Part shown: positions 19,724 through 29,321 of the stretch, piece after piece
Position numbering within the stretch: the stretch's first letter is position 1
How the letters are laid out: each line of letters starts with the position of its first letter
Source: Calditrichia bacterium
GTDB taxonomy: Bacteria; Calditrichota; Calditrichia; RBG-13-44-9; J075
Assembly: GCA_050633245.1 (NCBI GenBank)
Contig: JBOEGD010000003.1
Coordinates: forward strand, 15,011 to 76,241
Direction: 5' to 3'
DNA length: 61,231 nt
Notes under the pieces: generated by a model
The model's database searches: none
Seen by the model: only the letters and a program-made list of their open reading frames with translations
What the model was told of the DNA's origin: nothing
Translations under genes and position numbers: made by a program

Positions 19724-20917
19724 ATGTCTTTTGAAAATCCGGATGCACGCGCCATTTTAAGCAAAGGCAGAGAGAAGTCTGTCCTAAATCGTCACCCGTG
19801 GATTTTTTCGCGTGGCATTGACGCGGTGGAAGGCGACCCTGAAGCGGGATCGATCATTTCTGTCTACTCGAAGCGAAATGATTTTCTGGGAAAGGCATTC
19901 TTTAATCCCAATTCTCAAATTCGTCTGCGAATGTTATCGTTCAACACTTCTGTCATCGATCTTGAATACTTAAAAAATACTCTGGTTCAGGCGAACAGCT
20001 TTCGCCAGAAAAATTTACCTGCCAATACCAATGCCTATAGGGTTGTTAATTCCGAAAACGACTTGCTTCCAGGCTTAATCATAGATCGCTACAATGACGT
20101 ATTGGTAATTCAGTGTAATACGCTTGGAATCAGTCTACTAAAACCTCATATCGTGGAAATCCTTGAAGAGATGTTCTCACCTGCAGTCATTCTGGAACGC
20201 AGCGATTCAACTCAGGGAGCTCGTGAAGGCATGCAGCCAACACGATCTACGCTCGTTGGCAATATTCCTGAGCAGCTGATGATTCAGGAAAATGGTATTG
20301 CCTTCGAAATAGATCCGGTAGAAGGCCAAAAAACCGGTTTTTTCCTGGATCAGCGCGACAATCGCCAACGCCTGGCCAACTTTTGCAATGATAAAAACAA
20401 TGTTCTCAATTGCTTTGCATTTACCGGCGGTTTCAATGTTTACGCCGCTCTGAAGGGCGCGACAACAACATCCGTCGAGCTAAGTAAACCGGCGGTGGAA
20501 ATGAACAAACGCAACATGATTCATAACAAGATTGATCCCAAAAAGCATACGTTTATTTGCGACAACGTTTTCGAGTATCTGCGCAAGGCTGAAAAGAATA
20601 CATTCGATCGGATTGTGTTGGATCCACCGGCATTTGCCAAACAGCGCAAACAGGTGCAAAAAGCGGCGCGTGGCTACAAAGACATCAATCGCCTCGCCAT
20701 CGAGCAGATTAAACCGGGTGGAATCTTGCTTACCTGCTCGTGTTCTGCGGCAGTGGATGCAGATCTATTTCAGAAGATAGTTTATTCTGCTGCTCAGGAA
20801 GCAAATCGTGCAGTGCAGATTATCGGCAGGCCAACACAGCCGCTCGATCATCCAACCAGTATTTTCTTTCCGGAAGGCGAGTATTTGAAGACGCTTATTT
20901 TGCGGGTGGAAGACTAG
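19724..20917 (+). CDS. rlmI: 23S rRNA m5C1962 methyltransferase (RlmI family)
   Basis: PUA domain RHPWIF, GQKTGFFLDQRDNR, FAFTGGF, VLDPPAF, CSCS and PEGEYLK. Confidence 0.85.
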   Translation: MSFENPDARAILSKGREKSVLNRHPWIFSRGIDAVEGDPEAGSIISVYSKRNDFLGKAFFNPNSQIRLRMLSFNTSVIDLEYLKNTLVQANSFRQKNLPANTNAYRVVNSENDLLPGLIIDRYNDVLVIQCNTLGISLLKPHIVEILEEMFSPAVILERSDSTQGAREGMQPTRSTLVGNIPEQLMIQENGIAFEIDPVEGQKTGFFLDQRDNRQRLANFCNDKNNVLNCFAFTGGFNVYAALKGATTTSVELSKPAVEMNKRNMIHNKIDPKKHTFICDNVFEYLRKAEKNTFDRIVLDPPAFAKQRKQVQKAARGYKDINRLAIEQIKPGGILLTCSCSAAVDADLFQKIVYSAAQEANRAVQIIGRPTQPLDHPTSIFFPEGEYLKTLILRVED

Positions 20918-21509
20918 AGGCATTCTCAACAATATATTTTGCCGCAGCTAATACATCTGCTAAAACATGATCTGGCTGCGGCAGAGTTTTGTCGGCAGCA
21001 GCCTTGACAGCTTGCAACTTCCCCTCCCCCGTATTAACCAGCACAGTGGTCATTTTCAAACGCAGCCCCGCTTCAACGTCACTCAGCTTATCGCCGATCA
21101 TATAGCAACGAGACAAATCCAGATCAAAGTCTTTGGCGGCCTGCAGGAGCATGCCTCCGCCGGGCTTTCGGCAATCGCATTCTTTGCGATATGGTGCCTC
21201 CCCTGCTGTTGGGTGATGCGGACAATAATACCAACCATCAATCCTTGCACAGCCTTCTTCAAACCACCTCGTAATACCGGCGTTAATTTCCAGCACACGT
21301 TCTTCAGAGAAATATCCGCGGGCGACTCCGCTTTGGTTTGTCACAACAATCGCAAGTATTCCGGCCTCGTTTAGCAAACGCACTGCTTCTATCGCTCCAG
21401 GTAACAATTCAATATCATCGAGGCTTGCCGGATAACTGGTATCGATATTCAGCGTACCGTCTCGGTCGAGAAAGACGGCGATCTTAGTTGGGGTCGTATT
21501 GTTTTTCAT
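20895..21509 (-). CDS. gmhB: D,D-heptose 1,7-bisphosphate phosphatase (HAD IIIA)
   Basis: FLDRDGTLN, VTNQSGVARG, CPHHP...CDCRKP and IGDKLSD. Start placed at MKNNTT; the ORF track starts at 21617. Confidence 0.85.
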   Translation of the reverse strand: MKNNTTPTKIAVFLDRDGTLNIDTSYPASLDDIELLPGAIEAVRLLNEAGILAIVVTNQSGVARGYFSEERVLEINAGITRWFEEGCARIDGWYYCPHHPTAGEAPYRKECDCRKPGGGMLLQAAKDFDLDLSRCYMIGDKLSDVEAGLRLKMTTVLVNTGEGKLQAVKAAADKTLPQPDHVLADVLAAAKYIVENASSLPPAK

Positions 21510-21623
21510 GGTTGGCAATGTAGTGGAGGAGAAATCGGGTTCAAAGTTCAAAGTTTTCCGCCTCGCGAAAAAGGCTGAAGCTAAATAGCGAGCTGGATTA
21601 TTAAACTTTTCGAGCAAACACGA

Positions 21624-23192
21624 TTAGTTTGCTCGAAAAGTTTTCGGCTCCACAAGTAGTACCTCGTTGTATCTCGAAAGTATAATGAATCTTCCATCGA
21701 GAGTAACCATAAGGCTCTTAGGATTAATTTGCGTCGCTGTTTGATCCGTTTTGATGCTTTCATCGAAGTTTATTACACCTATTTCATGTAAAAAAACATC
21801 TAAATAGTAAGCGGAGTTGTCCTCATTTGGCCTGTAACTAAAATCGAAATGCCGGGTTCTTAGCTGCATATTTGCGAGAATCGTTCCCTGTGAGCTCATT
21901 AAAGTTACACCTGTGTTACCATAAATCATAAACCGGTCTGCTTTTCTATTGCCGATAGCTGCGTGCCAAACACCAGTTGGCGCTGAATAGGTTGTAAAGG
22001 TATCTGTTACATAGTCGTAAACTTCAACAGGTGAATTATCTCCGCTTAAGAAAAGATTCTTATCGTAGTTGAAGGGCCGAGCAAAAAAATTGTCATGCGT
22101 CTCTGGTGCAAACTTCGGGTGTATATAAAGTGAATCTTCATCGCTTCCCACAATTACCTGAACTGAAAAGGGACCTGAAGATCCTATAGGCTTTGCTGTT
22201 GCAATGCCTGTCCCGTTTAATGTAAATGCTAAAGATAAAGGATCATCCGCAGAACGATCCGGAGTATCGGTTTCTAATAAAGAGAACTCTCTGATTTCAA
22301 TGCCCAATTCAGTGTCAAATACAAGGATCTTACTCTCATTGTAATTATAAATATATATTCTTTTATTCTGAGGATTCCAGGCAAGCTCACCGCTTAATGA
22401 CAATTGGAAAGATTGCTCAAATTCGAGGGTTAACAGGTCATACTTGTAAAGCGTTTTGGTATTCTGCTCTTGAACATAAAGATAACGTTGATTCGAATCT
22501 AATAGAGGTTTGGAGATACCGTCGGGAAATGATAGTCTCTCAAAATAGGTATTAATTGTGATAGTTGTATCCGTCATGTTCAGTGCGGAATCCGTAACTG
22601 TAAAATTTAAAGGGAAATAGTCTCCGACGCTGAAAAATGGGTAAACAAATTCTATAGATCGAAAATCGCTACTCATAATTGTAGATACACTTCCTCCTAT
22701 ACCGTCTCGGACAATACGTGAATACTTATGAGTAACAGGGCTATCAAAGTTTACAATAATCGGAGTATTGATGCGATATGAACGTCCATCCGGCGGCAGT
22801 GATGTGCTATCGATTTTGGGTGGAATATTGTCATGAATTATTGTTTGAAACGTACTATCGCTAATTCGATCGTATTCGTCAACAGCATAAAGAATCAGAT
22901 CGTTTCTTTGATTCCTATTTAATGGGATGGTTAGTTGGAAATACCCACTGGTTAATTCTCTCTCCATTCTGCTTATTCCGCCTTCACAGATAACTTTCTG
23001 GTATCCTTCGATATTCCCGATAATGAGGAGCGAGTCGGTATTGATATATCGTTCAAAAGATGTTCCACGTAAACTGTAGCGGAGGTTATCTTCTGATTGT
23101 GCCCGGGGGTCTTCCGAAGCAAGAGAATAAGTTGTTAAATCCGAACAGCTACACAAAGCAATTAATATCAGAAAACATGAGAGTCGTTTCAT
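21624..23192 (-). CDS. Hypothetical lipoprotein with Ig-like region and YncE-like beta-propeller
   Basis: Lipobox-like MKRLSCFLILIALCSC; beta-rich repeats; visibly AT-richer than neighbouring genes. The ORF-track extension to 23393 runs through a REP element. Confidence 0.6.
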   Translation of the reverse strand: MKRLSCFLILIALCSCSDLTTYSLASEDPRAQSEDNLRYSLRGTSFERYINTDSLLIIGNIEGYQKVICEGGISRMERELTSGYFQLTIPLNRNQRNDLILYAVDEYDRISDSTFQTIIHDNIPPKIDSTSLPPDGRSYRINTPIIVNFDSPVTHKYSRIVRDGIGGSVSTIMSSDFRSIEFVYPFFSVGDYFPLNFTVTDSALNMTDTTITINTYFERLSFPDGISKPLLDSNQRYLYVQEQNTKTLYKYDLLTLEFEQSFQLSLSGELAWNPQNKRIYIYNYNESKILVFDTELGIEIREFSLLETDTPDRSADDPLSLAFTLNGTGIATAKPIGSSGPFSVQVIVGSDEDSLYIHPKFAPETHDNFFARPFNYDKNLFLSGDNSPVEVYDYVTDTFTTYSAPTGVWHAAIGNRKADRFMIYGNTGVTLMSSQGTILANMQLRTRHFDFSYRPNEDNSAYYLDVFLHEIGVINFDESIKTDQTATQINPKSLMVTLDGRFIILSRYNEVLLVEPKTFRAN

Positions 23193-23299
23193 ATCAAGTA
23201 TGTGCCTTATTTGGTCGGAGAATGTTTTTATGAACTCTATAATGCGAATCATGAGTTGAAAAGCATGACCCGGATTACCTTCAGAAAAATGAAACCTTT

Positions 23300-23355
23300 C
23301 CCCTCGGCTTCGCTCGGGGAACGCAATGGCCCGCTCCCTGAGCGGATCCGAAGGG
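23300..23355. repeat. REP-like imperfect inverted repeat (CTTCG.CTTCGCTCAG family)
   Basis: Arms CCCCTCGGCTTCGCTCGGGGAACG and CGCTCCCTGAGCGGATCCGAAGGG are complementary at 19 of 24 positions. A related single arm lies at 42442-42461. Confidence 0.7.
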
Positions 23356-23706
23356 CTGGGCGCGGCAAAAGTAATCGAAAATACTCTCAACATGTGATTC
23401 GCATTCTATAATATAATAAGGCTAAAACAGAAAATTGCGATGACTATATTTTCGATTTGAAGTTAAGCCTAATTCTTGCAGCAATATCATGTATTGTCGA
23501 TCCTGAGACTCTTCGAGATCGCCTGCGATAATTATCAACCTTTAGTATAACTTATAAAGACAAGCTGCTTTTTTGAAAAAAGTTATCATTCCTTATAACT
23601 GAGGCAAAACGGTGAATGAAAAATAAAATTCAAAAAAGTACGTTCAAACTATAAGAAAGAGTAAGGATCAGATATCGGTTCAAATTAAAAATAGTTGAAC
23701 TTGCCT

Positions 23707-23744
23707 CTCTATGTGTATAAATTCAAGGCACTATACACACAGAG
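23707..23744 (+). promoter_or_regulatory. Putative vapBC autoregulatory operator (inverted repeat)
   Basis: CTCTATGTGTATA-N12-TATACACACAGAG (12/13 complementary) immediately before the vapB RBS and ATG. Confidence 0.65.
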
Positions 23745-23750
23745 GAGCTA

Positions 23751-23945
23751 ATGAGGACAAATATTGTGATTAATGATGAGCTTATGAATGAAGCCCTGGA
23801 GCTTAGTGGTTTACCAACTAAAAAAGCTGTTGTTGAGGCAGGCCTTAAGCTACTTATTCAACTGAAAAAGCAAAACAGTATTCGTTCACTGCGTGGCAAG
23901 CTGGAATGGAGCGGAGATCTAAACGACTTGCGAGAAGATGAATGA
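23751..23945 (+). CDS. vapB: Type II TA antitoxin, VapB family
   Basis: MRTNIVINDELM...TKKAVVEAGL...LRGKLEWSGDL; ATGA overlap with the PIN toxin gene. Confidence 0.88.
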   Translation: MRTNIVINDELMNEALELSGLPTKKAVVEAGLKLLIQLKKQNSIRSLRGKLEWSGDLNDLREDE

Positions 23946-24340
23946 TTCTTGTCGATTCATCTGTCTGGATAGACTACTTCAATGGAAAAGAATCCTGGCA
24001 AACCGATTACCTTGACAACTCATTAGGGGGCAAAATCATCAGCATTGGTGATCTCATGCTTGCAGAGGTCTTGCAAGGTTTTGCAAATGACAAGCACTAC
24101 ACACAAGCTCGAGAGGCATTACTTATTATTCCATGTTTGCCTATATGTAGCAAGGCAGTTGCTCTTAAGAGTGCAAATAACTATCGTATTTTGCGAACAA
24201 ATGGCATAACCGTTCGGAAAACAATTGATATGTTGATTGCAACATTCTGTATTGAGCAAGAGCTATCACTCTTACATGCAGACAAAGACTTTGACTACAT
24301 TGGCTCTTTCCTTCCATTACAAATCATAAAAGCGATTTAA
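23942..24340 (+). CDS. vapC: Type II TA toxin, VapC PIN-domain RNase
   Basis: ILVDSSVWIDYF, EVLQG, TIDMLIAT and LLHADKDFD acidic PIN residues. Confidence 0.92.
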   Translation: MILVDSSVWIDYFNGKESWQTDYLDNSLGGKIISIGDLMLAEVLQGFANDKHYTQAREALLIIPCLPICSKAVALKSANNYRILRTNGITVRKTIDMLIATFCIEQELSLLHADKDFDYIGSFLPLQIIKAI

Positions 24341-24708
24341 CGCCCTTCTGCCCCGTTTGGGTCATATTGCATGACCAATTAATCTTATTTTTCGCCAAAT
24401 ATTCCCCGTTTAGGGAATTTCCAAGCGACCATTCTTTATATATCTTTATTCCAGAGACTGTGATTCAGCTGGAACCTCAAGACACTCCTGAAATGTCTTG
24501 AGAGTATGAAGCGCGCAGGGAGCGGCAACTGAAATAAAGGCTCATATCTCCCATACCATATGATAATTTTTCTTCAGTTGCTGCCCTGCCTCTTCATGCA
24601 AATCATCAACAACCATTAGGAGACGACGCATATAGGCAATAGCTACCGTTAAATTTGAGTTTCATTAAATCATTACCCCAATCAAAAAAACACTCAAAGG
24701 AGGCGGAT

Positions 24709-27700
24709 ATGCCAAGCGTGCGTACTTCAGTTTTTGCACTCACCTTTTTATTATCCTTTCTTCTGCTTTCTTCGGGACTTATGGCACAGGTTGGCTACCA
24801 ATTTGGCCAGAATAAAGTCCACTATAAAGATTTCGACTGGAAAGTTTTCAGAACTGAACATTTTGATGTCCACTACTATCCGGAAGAAGAACAAGCAGCC
24901 TACGACGCGGCTCGAATGGCCGAGCGTGGATACGATTATCTCAGCGAAGTACTCGAACACGACATAAAGAAGCGTATTCCGCTTATTCTCTATGCTTCGC
25001 TAAACGATTTTCAACAAACCAATGTAATTAGCGGCTTTATCGGCGAAGGGACTCGTGGTGTTACCGAGAGTCTGAAAAACCGCGTGGTCTTGCCGATAAC
25101 CGGATCTTACCGCGAATTCAATCACGTATTAGTACACGAACTGGTTCACGCATTCCAATTCGATATCATGGCACTGAAGCTCACCAGTACTCGCAGTAAT
25201 GTCCCGCTATGGGTTGTTGAAGGTATGGCAGAATACCTCTCTAATAACATGGATAACATTACCCGGATGTGGGTGCGCGATGGTCTGGAGCGCGATAAGC
25301 TTTTAACCGTTAAGCAGCTCAACGGAACCTTCGACATCCGCGTATATCGCCTGGGACAATCCTTCTGGCACTACATCGGCGAGACGTACGGCAAGGAGAA
25401 AGTTGGTGCAATCTTCAAATCGGCAATTCATCAGGGTGGCTTCGACCAGGCGCTAAAGAAGCACATTAGTAAGAATGAAAAAGAGGTGACCAAGGACTGG
25501 CACGCATATGCGAAGGCTAATGCACTCCCGGGCGACAGTACGCTGCAGTCGCCTTCAGATATTGCTCAACAGATAACTCGGCAACGCAGCTTCTATCACC
25601 GAATGAATGTGGTTCCGTCTATTAGCCCGGACGGAGAGCACGTTGCTTATATCGCAAATCAAAACCTTAAAGAGGAGATTTATCTTCTCAGTGAGGATAA
25701 CAACGCGTCATTTGTCGATCAGCGGCTGATCAAGGGCGGAGACAGCAAAAGTTTTGAAGCACTCCGCTACTTTGATACTGCTATTGGCTGGGCCCGGGAT
25801 GGAAAAAAGATTGCCTTTGTTTCCAAGTCAGGCCAGGATGACGCGATATATATCATGGATCCGCATAGCCGTAAGGTGTTACAGCGCTTTATTTTTGATG
25901 AGCTGAACGGCTTGCAGTCCCCCACTTTCTCTCCCGAGGGTAATCGTATCGCATTTGTTGGAATCCGCGGAGGCATATCAAATCTGTATCTGCTCGATCT
26001 GGACAGTGGTGCGTTGGATCAGCGAACAGACGATCGCTATGCAGTATTGCATCCACAGTGGTCGCCAGACGGCGGTAGTATTGCTTTTACAACTGACCGC
26101 GGACCGGATGCCAACGAGGCAGAGCTGATCTTCAGTGATTACGATATCGCCCGGTATCACCTGTCGACCGGAAATGTAGAGCTTCTTACAGATTTACAGG
26201 GAAGCGTTACCAATCCACAGCTATCACCCGACGGAGAGACGGTGGCCTTTGTTTCCGACCACCAGGGAATTGCCAATATTTATCGCATGAACATTGGCTC
26301 TCGTGAGTTGCAACGACTGACCAGCTTCAAGAACGGTATTTCCGGCATAACCAATACCACACCCAGCTTTAGCTGGTCTGCAAATGGTGAGCGTATGGTA
26401 TTCTCCGCTTTCTATGACAATGCCTGGCATTTGTTTCGCCTGAATGCTAAGCAAATAGAGGAACTGGCTGCGGAAACGCCTTCTGTTACGCTGGACCCGG
26501 TTTCCGAAATTACCAAAGCCGCTATGGCAAATAAAGAACCTCGCCCCATTAAAGAAATGGTGAGCACGAGTGACAGTATGCTCGCAATAAACAACGAGGA
26601 TTCAACGCTTGGTGAGGCCGAAGTTATAGCGAGTTCAGAGTCCGACTGGATTCCCGAGCTTGCCGATCAGAATGACATTTATCGCAGCTACGAGCTGGAA
26701 GAGCCTGATTCAGTAGAATCAACAAACTACAGAAAACGCTTTAAGCTGGATGCGGTTGGCGTTGGTGGATCAGTCGGTGGTTTTTTCGGCTCGGTAGGCG
26801 CTGCGCAGTTTCTCTTCAGCGACATGCTGGGAGACCACAGCGTCATTCTGTCTACAGAGGTCAGCTTTAGTGATTTCAGCAGTTCAGATTTTGGACTCAC
26901 TTATTTCAACCAGGCAAATCGCATTAGTTGGGGCGTGCAGGCGTTTCAAACGAGTAATATTTTCTCTGTTTTCAGAACAGGAATTAATAGCCTTGGCTAT
27001 CTGCGCAATACCTATCGCGGCGTTAATGCGGTTGCAGCTTATCCGTTCAGCAAATTTAGCAGGCTGGAAGTTTCCGGAGGCTTTACCTGGGTCGATCAGA
27101 ATTTGGTTCAGGACAATTTCAGCAACCGCGGTATTGATCGCGATGTGGAAACGCTGAACAGCTTTACTTATGGCCAGGTGGGAACAGCGCTGGTCTTCGA
27201 CAATACGCTATATGGTCCGGTGGGGCCAACAGGAGGGTCACGCAGTCGCTTCTCGGTTGAGACGACAACCAGCGATTTTCAGTTCACCAATCTACAGGCG
27301 GACTATCGCAAATACTTCCAGCTTCCCGGACGCTCGGTATTAGCCTATCGCGCAACGGCAGCCGCAAGCCTCGGAGAAGACGAACGCATTTTCGGATTGG
27401 GCGGACCTTACACCTATCGTGGGGCAGATTTTAACGAGATTCTCGGAAGCAAGTTTGTCTTGAGCAATCTGGAATATCGCTTCCCATTATTTGGATTTCT
27501 TACACCGAGGCTCGATTTAATAAGCGGAGCCGCCTTTTTTGACGCTGCCGGTGCCTGGGGAATAGATGCTCCGGGTTTAATCAGCGAAACATTTCAGCCA
27601 TTTACAGCAGATGGTGGATTTAGACTTAACGATTTGAATGCAGCTTATGGAGTGGGAGCCAGGGTAAGCCTGGGATATTTTTATCTCGGGTATGATGTTG

Positions 27701-27768
27701 CCTGGCCAACGGATTTGAAAGATATCTCTGCGCCGGTATCACAGTTCTCACTCGGCACATTTTTCTAA
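24709..27768 (+). CDS. Omp85/BamA-TamA superfamily protein with N-terminal zinc-peptidase (MA-like) and PD40 beta-propeller domains
   Basis: AAGGAGG RBS, signal peptide, HELVH...EGMAEY gluzincin motif, SPDG propeller repeats, barrel with NLEYRFP and FFDAAGAW, terminal Phe. Confidence 0.8.
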   Translation: MPSVRTSVFALTFLLSFLLLSSGLMAQVGYQFGQNKVHYKDFDWKVFRTEHFDVHYYPEEEQAAYDAARMAERGYDYLSEVLEHDIKKRIPLILYASLNDFQQTNVISGFIGEGTRGVTESLKNRVVLPITGSYREFNHVLVHELVHAFQFDIMALKLTSTRSNVPLWVVEGMAEYLSNNMDNITRMWVRDGLERDKLLTVKQLNGTFDIRVYRLGQSFWHYIGETYGKEKVGAIFKSAIHQGGFDQALKKHISKNEKEVTKDWHAYAKANALPGDSTLQSPSDIAQQITRQRSFYHRMNVVPSISPDGEHVAYIANQNLKEEIYLLSEDNNASFVDQRLIKGGDSKSFEALRYFDTAIGWARDGKKIAFVSKSGQDDAIYIMDPHSRKVLQRFIFDELNGLQSPTFSPEGNRIAFVGIRGGISNLYLLDLDSGALDQRTDDRYAVLHPQWSPDGGSIAFTTDRGPDANEAELIFSDYDIARYHLSTGNVELLTDLQGSVTNPQLSPDGETVAFVSDHQGIANIYRMNIGSRELQRLTSFKNGISGITNTTPSFSWSANGERMVFSAFYDNAWHLFRLNAKQIEELAAETPSVTLDPVSEITKAAMANKEPRPIKEMVSTSDSMLAINNEDSTLGEAEVIASSESDWIPELADQNDIYRSYELEEPDSVESTNYRKRFKLDAVGVGGSVGGFFGSVGAAQFLFSDMLGDHSVILSTEVSFSDFSSSDFGLTYFNQANRISWGVQAFQTSNIFSVFRTGINSLGYLRNTYRGVNAVAAYPFSKFSRLEVSGGFTWVDQNLVQDNFSNRGIDRDVETLNSFTYGQVGTALVFDNTLYGPVGPTGGSRSRFSVETTTSDFQFTNLQADYRKYFQLPGRSVLAYRATAAASLGEDERIFGLGGPYTYRGADFNEILGSKFVLSNLEYRFPLFGFLTPRLDLISGAAFFDAAGAWGIDAPGLISETFQPFTADGGFRLNDLNAAYGVGARVSLGYFYLGYDVAWPTDLKDISAPVSQFSLGTFF

Positions 27769-27802
27769 ACGCATTCTCTCACAATACCCCCTCATACCTC
27801 CA

Positions 27803-27836
27803 AAGAGCGGGCGGGCCAAATGGCCCGTCCGTTCTT
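27803..27836. terminator. Hairpin terminator between convergent genes
   Basis: AAGAGCGGGCGGGCCA-AA-TGGCCCGTCCGTTCTT. Confidence 0.75.
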
Positions 27837-27851
27837 ATATTATTTCACTAC

Positions 27852-28571
27852 TTACTTCTCTTCACCCGGCAACATTCCCATCTTGCGTTTTAGCGCTTCA
27901 AGAGAATCTGCAGCAGTGGCTGAACCACCACTTTCGAGTGCAGCATCAATTTCCTCGTCTACCGTAGCGCCGGCATCCTGCAGCTCACCGTAGGCTTCGG
28001 CAAGAGATTCTTCTTCGGTAACCTTGTCCTTCATTTTTTCCAGCATTGCAATCGTGCTGGTTGCATCGACCTGTGCCATCTGTTTGTTGATCTTTTTCAT
28101 CGAGTGGGCAGTGCGGGCACGAGCCTTTAGTGTGGTTAGCTCATTTTCATATTTACCAACAGCCGACTTCAGCTTATTAACCTTGGCCTGGAGCTTGTCT
28201 GCCATTGCCTGCTGACTCTTGTGATTGGTGAGCATTTCAGTAGCGCGTTTGGCTGCGATTTCCTTGCGGGAAAGTGCTTCGGTTGCCAGGCGATCGGCTT
28301 CAGCTGCATCAAGGTCGCCATCTTGACCGCGCTTTAGAAGCGCCACTGCCTTGCGCTCATAGTCTTTTGCCAGACTCTTGGCATCATTACCATCTTTACT
28401 CATGCGAATAGAAATGGCTTTTACTTCAGCCAAGCTTTTCATGGCGCCATTCAGATCTTTTTTCAGATCGCGAATACCCTGCTCCGTCATGCGAATCGGA
28501 TCTTCCAGCTTGTCTATAACCGAATGTGTTTCGGACTGAAACAGTCTAAATATTCTTGCGAAAATTCCCAT
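27852..28571 (-). CDS. pspA: PspA/IM30 family protein (second paralog, YjfJ-like)
   Basis: MGIFARIFRLF amphipathic helix, DKLEDPIRMTEQGIRDL, long coiled coil, LEALKRKM C-terminus. Confidence 0.9.
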   Translation of the reverse strand: MGIFARIFRLFQSETHSVIDKLEDPIRMTEQGIRDLKKDLNGAMKSLAEVKAISIRMSKDGNDAKSLAKDYERKAVALLKRGQDGDLDAAEADRLATEALSRKEIAAKRATEMLTNHKSQQAMADKLQAKVNKLKSAVGKYENELTTLKARARTAHSMKKINKQMAQVDATSTIAMLEKMKDKVTEEESLAEAYGELQDAGATVDEEIDAALESGGSATAADSLEALKRKMGMLPGEEK

Positions 28572-28647
28572 ATGTCTATCCTTTCAACGTTGTCATTTTC
28601 AAAAATCGTTTAGAATTGATCATTTAATATTGAAAAATAGTCAATTG

Positions 28648-29037
28648 CTAAGCGTATGTAAGTAATTCACTGCCGTATTCGGCCAGACCAAGCGATAGTG
28701 CCTGAATTGAAGCTTCCAGTTCATTCGGATCCAGGTTTTCAATTTGCAGCGTATCGCGAAAAAGGACTTTATCTCCGGCTTCGTTCAGGACAAATGCACC
28801 ATGAACCAGCGTGCGATTCATCTGCAGCAAACGCTTATACAAATCGCCGGGATTTGACGGCACGTTCAAGATAAACTGCTCGATGACCACGATCGGGTCT
28901 TCGCAATCGACGACCATATTCTGGATACCATTTTCAACGTCATCGACAACCACGATGTGATCAGCAGATTCTTCGTTGACGATCTTCATATCCAGATCCA
29001 TTAACAAATACTTCACCATTTCAAATTTGTCGGACAT
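28648..29037 (-). CDS. CesT/Tir-YbjN-like chaperone-fold protein
   Basis: Small acidic protein with LLQMNRTLVHGAFVL...FRDTLQIENLDPNEL; next to pspA, the usual context for this family. Confidence 0.7.
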   Translation of the reverse strand: MSDKFEMVKYLLMDLDMKIVNEESADHIVVVDDVENGIQNMVVDCEDPIVVIEQFILNVPSNPGDLYKRLLQMNRTLVHGAFVLNEAGDKVLFRDTLQIENLDPNELEASIQALSLGLAEYGSELLTYA

Positions 29038-29094
29038 ACATCATTCTCCTTTTTACCATTAAACTGTATTTATTAGGACGCTTATTTTATTCGT

Positions 29095-29321
29095 TCGCTG
29101 TGTTCACTGCTTGGACGCTCACTACGTTCGCTTGTGGGTCGCACCTGCGGTGCTGGTAGAACGTTCCGCTGCGCTTCACTTGTAGTTGTAGGTCGCTCAC
29201 TATGTTCGCTTTTAGTTCTTACCTCCTACAAGCCCGACAAAGGAGGGCCCCTATTTCCTACTAGTCCCGGCGTGCCGGGACGACCTACCCACTACCAGTG
29301 CAGGCCCAAGGCCAAGCGATC
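29095..29321 (-). repeat. Modular interspersed palindromic element, copy 1
   Basis: Reverse complement aligns with 52402-52530 in two blocks; internal repeats of CGCTCACTA(C/T)GTTCGCT. Confidence 0.75.

Noticed and set aside
23193-23393. N-terminal extension of the 589-aa ORF
   Set aside because: Reads through the REP palindrome; the lipoprotein signal begins at 23192.
29095-29321. CRISPR array, or the 65-aa ORF 29134-29331
   Set aside because: The repeats are short, degenerate and irregularly spaced, with no unique spacers and no cas genes. The ORF is a translation of the repeat.
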